DNA of 64,000 nt from Eledone cirrhosa. Taxonomy: Eukaryota. Positions 54,866-64,000 of this stretch are shown piece by piece. The position numbers and the translations under genes were made by a program. A model generated the notes under the pieces. The model searched no databases. It had not been told where the DNA came from and worked only from the letters and a program-made list of their open reading frames with translations. How positions within the stretch are numbered: position 1 is the first letter of the stretch; every line of letters starts with the position of its first letter. The stretch lies in the NCBI GenBank assembly GCA_964016885.1, contig OZ024748.1, positions 15,252,001-15,316,000 of the forward strand. The letters are read 5' to 3'.

Positions 54866-55790
54866 AATAATAATGATTTCTTTATTGGCCACAAGGGCTG
54901 ACATCAAGAAAAACATTACAGATGGTACAGGACGGTACAATGTGGGTTTTGTGCGTGTAAATATTTTTATTATTTATATAAGAAAATAAAAAAAGACATA
55001 GAAACATATATATAAACAATAAAAAGGAAAATTGAAACAATGGAAAATTCCCCAATAGGGGGGGGGGGGAACCTCCGTGGGTTACTCGTGGTGAAACCCA
55101 CACGAAAGACCACAGCCACCCTGACCACCAGGGCAAGCGCCCTCTCTCAATTTTTCCATTTCTCAAACTACAGACGTATATTCAGAGCGATCCCATTCAC
55201 TCCGACCATTCTTGCTACATTCACCCACCTTTCAACAAACTTGCTAGAAGGCAGCACTTGCCTCTCCACCCTGATTTTCCTCTTCAAGTGAAACTTGAAA
55301 AAGTTAATTAGGGATTCGCCGAAGAGGAAAGTGTCTGTCTTTAACCCTTTCAACCTTGTCCACCACACAATCTCTTTCACCATGGCCACCAGGCAGATGA
55401 AAACCGCCTGCCCTTCCTCCTCGAAAGAAGACGGCGAGACCATCTGCACAATGGACACAGTCGATAACCGGATCAGTCCAACACGTGACAGCAACTGTTC
55501 GACATAGCTCCACAAGTCAGGTGCGTGCACGATAGTTTCGTTGCTCTGCGCACATCTCGGACAGGACGGCTGACAGCACTTCCGTGCCTGAGGAGCTTAT
55601 CTCGAACTGGTAGCACTGCCAGGCCAGGGATTTTTGGGAGTTATCCATAGGCCCTGGGCTGAAAGTTCTCCAGAAGAGAGCAAACAGCTGATCTTCTTCA
55701 ATGCCCAGGATCTCTCCGAGAACGTCGTCGCTCTTCTCCTCCACTAGTCCTCTATAGAACGCCGAGGTGGATGTTCCACCAATACTAGTG
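54866..55790 (-). mobile_element. L1/Tx1-type LINE 3' fragment, frameshifted
   Basis: GC-richer island. Piecewise translation gives SLAWQCY…LPVRDKL…RCAQSNETIVHA (CCHC knuckle region) then IVWWTR…HLKRKIRVER. The 3' UTR ends AATAAAGAAATC(ATT)n. A matching tail stub lies at about 59215-59250. Confidence 0.7.
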
Positions 55791-56224
55791 CACAGTTGTG
55801 TGAGATATTTTTATAATTCTATAATTCTGTAATTGTTGTTGTTTATATTTGCTTAATGTCAAATCCTTTACTTCACCTAAATACCATGAATCTTTCCTAC
55901 ACTGGTAAAAACAACAAAGTACAACTACATTTCAGTTGGTGGAATATATTTTAGTTAAAAGCTGGTGAATTACGAATATTTGTTAATAAGAAGTAAATAC
56001 ATGAGGAACTTCAGAAAACAGAGAAAGGCTGTCTCTTTGCAAGAGATCTCATATCTGATAAGACCACAGCCACTAATTTAGAGTGGAGTAGAGGCAATTT
56101 AACAAATAAACAAGCTGGAGAATGGTCTTACAAGTTAAAAAGGGGGAGATAATTGAAGCAGAGTGAAGAATGTAATAAGTATTTAAGTATTTATATAGTA
56201 TGATTCATGAACACGAGTGAATCA

Positions 56225-56750
56225 AACATGTGATGCCTATGGATCATGATCACTGGGTGAAGGAGTGCCAAGAGATACCAGTGGCAAGAAGTGGCAGTAG
56301 AGGAAGATTGAGAAAGACCTGAGCAGAAATGGTGAGGGTTGTTCTCAAGATATTAAACCTCACAAAGTAGATGATAAAGTGACACAAGAGGAGGCAAGCT
56401 GTACTGGAGAAGATCCATTCAACCAATGTGAGCATGGAAAGACAAATACAGAATATTGATGAGGATGATTGATGAAAATATATAAGAGAAATCAGATGTT
56501 GAATAAAGGAGATATAGATACACTGGTATGGTCAAGCAATGTGGAGAATGATGATTGGATGAAGAAGTGCCAAGAGATCCTAATGGAAAGAAGCTATGGA
56601 AAGGAATACCAAGAAAGACATAGGCAGATGTGGTTAGGGCAGATCTCAGGAAACTACAGACTTGTTGAGAGTTGCTGTATGGTTGAAGACTCTTGTCATT
56701 TGTATAAGTATGGAAAATGGATGCAGAAACAACAAAACAATAATGATGAT
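56225..56750 (+). mobile_element. Two degenerate RTE 3' remnants
   Basis: Decayed WYG…DDWMKKC…RGRLRKT motifs, each ending in CATGGAAA…GATGAT-like tails. Confidence 0.55.
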
Positions 56751-57487
56751 ATGTACAAACTTCTGAGAGGTCTATTTAACTCTTTTGATAGCAATCCAGC
56801 TGAAAATTGTACAAAACCATTTATTTTAAAGTGTTTATAGCTATCTAAATGGCATCCATCTCTAATTTTATGTAAGGAGTTTAAGTTATATCCTAGATAA
56901 ATAATGGGAAAGCTAGTTATATTACTAAATTCCTCAAAGTTCTAGATTATTTTTAATAAGCAGTGTCATTTATTATAAATATGGTAATGAAAAAGTCAAA
57001 TCCTCAAGCTTGATATATTGCTGGTTCAGCTTCACTTTACAGCTTAATTTTCATCATTTTCTTAATTCAACATAGACAAATCTTGGGATTGCTATTCACT
57101 GGCTCTTAATTCATAATTGTTTATTGGGCATTTAAAGTCTGCTAGTTTTCAATTAACTCTTAAATCCGTTAATGCATGAAACTCTATGGAGAACACATTC
57201 TTGAAAAGTACAAAACAACACATTTAAACATTACTCAAATACTGCAATTTTTCCATTAGTACAGATACTATAAACATTTGAATTAAATTTATTTTTAGAT
57301 ATTCTCTGTAAAAGCATTAAAAGATCTTAAGAGTTAAGTACTGACTTGGTCAGTGACATGTTCAACCCATAACAGCATGGAATATTGGACATATGATTGT
57401 ATTTTCATTAATAAATTGCTCGAACTACTTCAATACACATACATATACACAGATGTGTATGCATATATAAATATATATATATATATA

Positions 57488-57655
57488 CAGGTTGTTTGAG
57501 ATGTAAATATCCCACAGACTACAATGACTAGGACAAGACTGAGCAAGCTTAATGTTGAGCAACATAAAATTTATTCCTCAAAATTTCTTTACATTTATGA
57601 CCTTAATTCACAATATATAGTGGTAGTCTGTGGGATATTTGCGTTTCAATTATTT
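57488..57655. mobile_element. Tc1/mariner-like MITE
   Basis: TA|CAGG start in a TA tract, and a perfect 18-bp inverted repeat AAATATCCCACAGACTAC / GTAGTCTGTGGGATATTT. Confidence 0.55.
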
Positions 57656-58593
57656 AATTTTTTTAAACACACACACACGCATATATGTATATATGCAAAA
57701 GACAAACAGAAATAACAAAGCAACCGACACAGTGTAATGAATAAAAATATTATTAGTTTTATGCTTGATAGAGTAGTAAAAGAGTCTTAAGGTTTTGGAT
57801 GTTAGTCCTTCACCAGAAAATAGAATGAGAAATTAAAGAAGAAATAGAAAGATTGAGGATACGGTCAGTGGCAGAAATGAAAACATATATATATATATAA
57901 AATTAAGGCTGCTTTTCCAGAGGAGATCAGAAAGAGACCAGTTAAATAAGGTACTCAATATGTTAGTAGAGAAGAAGTATATTTAATTTATATAGAAGTG
58001 ACTTCTATAGGAAATGCTTTCCTATAATTGAAACAACTCTAGACCTGTAGAAAATATTTCTATAAAAAATACACGCATACATATAATCATACATACATTC
58101 ATATACACACACATTCATACACATATATACATGCATACATATGCATACACACACACACATATATATAAATACAAACACATGCATGCATGCACATATATAC
58201 ACACACCAGGTCATGTGATTGAAAGTCAGTTGCAAAGAGAAGAGTTATAGTTAAAGCAGCCCTTAAGTTGCAATATTTAAAGAGACTATTTTATATACAC
58301 ACTACATTAACCCTTCAGTTATATAATGTTATTTCTTTATTATGTAAATGTTCCATATTGAACTATTGAGTGTTATTTCTAAATTGTCGCCATTGTGAAT
58401 TATTTGCTTCATAGAATATTTAAATACTGAAAAAAAAAAAAAATATTCAAACAGGTTATTGCTCATTTTCCTCCATTCTAAATATACATTACGAGAACAC
58501 AATACAATTAATTTTACAGAAAGAGAATATTGCAGATAAAAATATATGCAATTTATATTATATATATATATAACCATAACTGTTAATTGCCCT

Positions 58594-58632
<39 letters not shown>

Positions 58633-58951
58633 ATGTATATATAAACATATATATATACATAAATATATATATATTTATACATATATATATATATATATAC
58701 ATATATGTATATACATATATACATATATATACATATATGTATATACATATATATATGTATATATGTATGTATATATGTATGTGTGTGTATATATATATAT
58801 CATATTATATGACAATAAAATATATAGTGTTTATAAAATTTTCAAATGACTATAAAAGACATAGCGCCTATAAGCAGCATTAATGCTTCAATGGTGATGT
58901 ATGAGACATTGAAATAATTCATACACAAACGAACACATAAAAGTGATTTCT

Positions 58952-59001
<50 letters not shown>

Positions 59002-60178
59002 ATATATAATATACACCAAAATACCAAACAAAATTAAACTAATGTATGTTGTATCATGAAATGAAATAAAATAATTACTACCATTGCATGCAGTGCTACT
59101 ATTTTGCAAAGTCAGGCCATTATTAAATGACCAAACTTTGTGACTATCCTTATTTAATATGGAGAAACTACTGCAAATACTACTACTGGAGACTACTACT
59201 ACTACTACTACTACTAATAATAATAATAATGATTTCATTTATTGGCCACAAAACAGAAAGAATGAAAATAAACATAAAACTTCTTGTAATATTCAGCCTC
59301 ATTGAATAAGTGCATATGCACATAAATCAGTGGAAAATATTAAAAAATGAATAAAATTAATGTAAGAGACAACTGCATTAAAGTAATTGAGCATATTATA
59401 TTAAATATATCTTTTCAACTATATTTTATTAGTACAATTATTATGTCTGCTACAATAATATAATTACTGTTAAGGTTGTTGTTCTTTGAATTTATACCTT
59501 TTAATTTACTAATATTAAAAACTGATAAATTTCCATATAATTACCATGTAACAATATTTTTGTTCAATAGTATTATTTTCATTGCTATCAGTGAAATAGA
59601 AATTTATGTTACTTCATAGCTGAAATTCTGTTTAAACTATGTTACTATGCAAGGTTGTATGCAACATTTCATTCAAAACTGTGGGGTCACACAGTTGCTG
59701 TATTTAGGGAGGGGAGGGAAAAAGTAAATTTAAAGCAACTCACACCTATGAAAGTTTAGCTGGCAACCTAGAAGGTTGTTGCATCTCATAGGAGGCATCT
59801 CAGGTGTTTTAAGGATGGGTGTGGAGGGGTCTCCCGTTAAATTATGTTGTTGTTACAGCTCACACTTATACAGGTTTAACTGGCCTCCTGCATTGGTTAT
59901 TCAAGTCTGTTAATAATAGAAGTCCAAGTATTATCATTAAATCCAACATGAAATGAAGTGCCTTGCTCAAGACCACAATGTACTATACAGTGACCTTATG
60001 ACCATAAGTCGAACATCCTAACCACTAAGCCAAAGACCTCCACAATCACTCTATTTATGCCACACCCCTCAAAATATTGTTGCTCAGTAGATGCTGTGTA
60101 CTGGGAGTGAAGCCAAATATATCTGATTGTAAAGTAAACTCCTTAACCACACAGCTATGCCTAGACCTTTTATACATA

Positions 60179-60419
60179 CAGTGCTGGACTTGCAATAAGC
60201 TAAATAAGCTATAACTTAGGTTCCTGATGGGGTATGACCCTATTTAGAAAAAAAAACTTTTATTTTATCATTAGTTTATATTCTTTAACATTAAATCATC
60301 AATATATATATATTCTTTATCATCAACATTAATATTAAAAAAGTAATAGTTATATTTTTAGAAAAAGGGCCTCAAATTCCATCTAGCTTAGGGAATCAGC
60401 AGGTGAAAGTCTGGCTCTG
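60179..60419. mobile_element. Possible old hAT-like MITE
   Basis: Imperfect TIRs CAGTGCTGGACTT…AAGTCTGGCTCTG. No clear TSD. Confidence 0.4.
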
Positions 60420-61093
60420 CATCCGCATTCATTCCGTTACATATTTCTGTTTTATGAAACATTACTAGTTGTATTGAAATTAAACAGGCTTTACATCTGT
60501 ATATAATGGTTTGATATTAATTGATGCAGCAGTTCTCTGGAAGTCTTCTAACAGTTAAGAGTCTTATTACTTCAGACGAATTTAATAATAACAACATGAC
60601 AATAACACTCACAAATTTATAAATAGAAGTTGCTAGAGATCTCTGCTTTCAACTTACATACATTATGGATGTATTTTAAACACCATCTAATGATTTCAAA
60701 GTCTCTCGAAAGAATCCTCATCTTTATTAGATTTTTTGTCAATGGAAAAGTGAAATTAAGTATGAATCCTATTTCTCTCTGATGACATCAACATCAAACG
60801 ATTACGTAAAGAGAAAAAAATGAACATTACTATGTAAAAATATTCAGTTACCTATATAACGTGTTCTGCATGAGTGGAAGAAGTAATGTAATCAAGTAAA
60901 GAAAATAAATCTACAAAGTATTAATGAAGAAAATAATATCAATGATGACTATGATTCAACAGGGGAGATCATCTGCTGGTTCAAATCTAGATATATATTG
61001 CTTCGTTGTCTTGTCAAGTTAATAGTCAGGAACATTTCTAATGTACAGATGCCAATATTTTGTGAACGAGGTACAAGTAATGTTTTCTAATCT

Positions 61094-61372
61094 AGACATG
61101 GAAACTTGCCCAAGATAACTACAGTTGCACAACGATGGTTACGATTTTCAGGATATTGCTGGAGAAGTAAGCAGGAAGTTATACAGAAGCTACTATTGTG
61201 GGAACCAACTCATGGGAGACACATTAGAGGAAGACCTGCTTGAACCTACATCAATCAATTCTCTAACAATACAAACCTTAGGTAGGTAGCAGTTGCCAGG
61301 AATAATGGAATATCAGGAATTGTGGAGAGACTTTCTCAGGAATGTTCAACTGTGGTCGCAATGATGATGATG
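61094..61372 (+). mobile_element. RTE-like LINE 3' fragment, same family as 31930-32248
   Basis: Colinear similarity (ATGGAAACTTGC…GCTACTATTGTGGGAACCAACTCATG…) and a (GAT)n tail. Confidence 0.8.
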
Positions 61373-61374
61373 AA

Positions 61375-61957
61375 TTTTGACACGAGACCAGCAATTTTAA
61401 GGAGGAAGAAAGAGTCAATTATATCAACCCTAATGTTTGACTGGAACTTTATTTTATTGACCTCGGAAGAATGAAAGGCAAAATTGACCTTGATGGTATT
61501 TGAACTCAGAAAGTAAAGACCTGGAACAAATCCTGTTAAACATTTGTCCGGTACCTCTAATAATCCTACCAATCTACTGCCTTCTTGTAATACAAATAAT
61601 TGTTTCTACTTTTGACACATGGCCACCAATTACCCCAGTGAACTACTGGTGCTTTATTTTATCAACCCGATAAGGATGAAAGGCAAATTTAACTTCGGCA
61701 GGATTTGAACTCAGACTGTAAAGGGCCTCCGATCCTCTACTGATACTGTCAATCCACCACCCTGCAATACAAATAATTGTTTCTACTTTAGGCACAAGGC
61801 CAGCAATTATCCAAGTGCATTACTGGTACTTTATTTTATCGACCCCGTAAGGATGAAAGGCAAAGTCAACCTCGGCGGGATTTGAACTCAGATCGTAAAG
61901 GGACGTAACTATGCTGGAAAGCATGGCGTCCGACCCTCTACCGATACTGCCAATCCA
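61375..61957 (-). mobile_element. Three head-to-tail SINE family A copies
   Basis: Copies at about 61375-61582, 61601-61765 and 61778-61957. AATACAAATAAT occurs at 61589, 61766 and 61958. Confidence 0.9.
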
Positions 61958-62029
61958 AATACAAATAATGTCAGTGAAATATGGAACAATATAAGTCAAG
62001 ATATTTTATTATTATAATAATCTAAATAC

Positions 62030-62180
62030 AAGGGAGTGAATTGGAAAAGTCGTTAGAATGTCAGAGAGAATGCTTGGCAGTATATTCTGGCTGTCTTCAC
62101 TCTGGGCTCAAATAAAACAAAGGTCAATTTTGCCTTCTTTTCAAAATCAATAAAGTACCAGTCCTGTGCTGAGGTCAGTT
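62030..62180 (+). mobile_element. SINE family A, diverged
   Basis: GTGAATTGGAAAAGTCGTTAGAATGTC…AAGGTCAATTTTGCCTT…AAAGTACCAG. Confidence 0.6.
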
Positions 62181-62219
62181 CTTTCTTTTTCTCTTTTTCA
62201 CTTGCAGTCTCAGTCTCTC

Positions 62220-62670
62220 TCGACACTTTACAGAGTGTAATCAGTGCTTATTGTCATGGCACCAGCTCTACCAGATTACAGAATTGAGTGAGTGAATTCT
62301 ATTATGGCATTAGCTTTAGAGAGGTTTTAATCTGCTTGGCCAGAATAAAGAGCTCTCTCTCTACTCTATATTGTTTCTGTTTGATTGCCTACCACATTGC
62401 TGAGTGTATTGGGTGCATTCTATCATGGCACCAACACTGGAGAAACTGCCATGTGCTACACCAGGGCCAAGAATACACTCTGCTCTATATCATCTGTTTG
62501 ATTGCCGACCACATTACTAAGTGTACTGGGTGCATTCATTTATGGCACCAAAACTGGAGAGACTGCCATATGCTTGGCCAGAGTGAAGAATACTCCTTGC
62601 CCTATATTATCTCTGCTTCATTGCCAACCATATTACTAAGTGTACGGGATGCATTCTATCAAGGCATGAA
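62220..62670. repeat. Tandem repeat of about 120 bp, 3-4 diverged copies
   Basis: Unit contains TTGATTGCCNACCACATT.CT.AGTGTA.TGGGTGCATTC…ATGGCACCA, similar to the RTE 3' UTR segment near 29030-29120. Confidence 0.7.
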
Positions 62671-63375
62671 TACTGTTTAATCATAACATTTTTATTTGAT
62701 TGCCCTCCCAAAATGTTATCTTATACAGAAATCAAAATCTACAATACACAGCTAATCAATAGAATTAACACCTAACACAAAATATTTATTTGATATGATT
62801 TATCAGTTACATTAGGATATTTAGATTAAATGATTCTATATATTTAAATATCACACTAATAAAAAATACAACATTGAATACAAAACCAGTTTCATATCCT
62901 TTATTTCAATTTTGCTTGTCTTTGATCTTATTTCAACACTAGAATTTCATTTTCATTCACAGAGATTAAAATATTCCAAAACTAAGATTCCGATCAATGA
63001 AATTTATTTATTATTTTTATCCATATTATTATTACCAATAAAATAAAGCACCAGAACTGGGGTAATTGCTGGTCTTGTGCCAAAAGTAGAAACAATTAAT
63101 TTTATTATTATCATCATCATTATTTTTTTAACCTTTTAGATACCAATCCATCAAAAATGCAACCCTGGTTCTATAAAACAAAATTAACCCATCCAACATA
63201 ATTTTGTAGAAGAATCTTCTTTCATTACTATCTCAGTAATGAAATATTTTATAATTTTAGTAAATCCCTCAAACTTCTTCGTCAATTAATTGAGATGGGG
63301 AGGATTTCTTCCAAAGCACCTAAGAGAAAAATACCTGCAACTGGGCCATCCATTTAGTTTTCATCTTAAACAAGT

Positions 63376-63545
63376 TGCAGGCATAGCTCTGTGGTTAGGA
63401 AGTTTGTTTCACAACCACATGATTCTGGATTTAGACCAGCTGTATGGCATCTTGGAGAAATGCTTTCTACTATAGACTTAGGTGGGCCAATGCCTGCGAG
63501 TGGAATTTGCTAAGTGGAACCTGCAGAAGCCTATCATGTATATAA
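63376..63545 (+). mobile_element. tRNA-derived SINE, family B (CORE-like centre)
   Basis: GCAGGCATAGCTCTGTGGTTAGG…GGCATCTTGGAGAAATGCTTTCTACTATAG…GTGGAATTTGCTAAGTGGAACCTGCAGAAGCC. Confidence 0.6.
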
Positions 63546-63659
63546 GGGTGTGTGATTGTGTTTCTGTTTCATAATTTACCAGTGTGACAAAAGAGTGATT
63601 GATTACATCAAGACAGGGCTCTAGTATGGCCATAGTCAAATAACTGAAACCAGTAAAAT

Positions 63660-63845
63660 AATTGTTTCTACTTTTGGCACAAGGACAGCAATTATCCCAG
63701 TGCATTACTGGTACTTTATTTTATCGACCCCGTAAGGATGAAAGGCAAAGTTAACCTCAGCAGGATTTGAACTGAGACTGCAAAGGGGCGTAACTCCATG
63801 TTTCAAAGCATAGCATCCAACCCTCTCCCGATACTGCCAATCCAA
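63660..63845 (-). mobile_element. SINE family A
   Basis: Near full-length reverse copy. A further partial copy runs from about 63880 to the window end. Confidence 0.88.
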
Positions 63846-64000
63846 TAATAAAAGAATAAAAGCATAAGCTTCCTACAAAATAATTATTTCTACTTTTGGA
63901 ACAAGGCCAGCAATTTAAAGGTAAGAAGAGAATCAAATAAATTGACCCCACTGCCTTACTTTATTTTATCAACATCATAAGAATGAAAAACAAAGCTAAC

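Overview
AT-rich eukaryotic DNA dominated by microsatellites and transposable elements, with no prokaryotic genes, operons, CRISPR arrays or RNA genes. The repeat families (tRNA-derived SINEs with (ATT)n tails, RTE LINEs with (GAT)n tails, TTAA-flanked MITEs, long TA/CA tracts) look like an octopus or other cephalopod genome; this is an inference from recognition, not a search. Almost all listed ORFs are simple-repeat artefacts. The clear protein-coding remnants are retrotransposons: a young 5'-truncated RTE LINE with a reverse transcriptase and a PHD-like finger (21863-23690, minus), further RTE fragments, an L1/Tx1-type 3' end and a CR1/Jockey-like fragment. The window may be the long 5' intronic region of a minus-strand host gene. 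A candidate first coding exon with a signal-peptide-like segment lies at 146-287. A consensus recursive-splice-site motif (branch point, pyrimidine tract, CAG|GTAAGT), followed by a 54-nt exon with stops in all three frames, lies at 21605-21686 and is the most interesting signal. Several local inverted duplications and foldback structures could form intronic dsRNA. Repeat boundaries are read by eye and are approximate.
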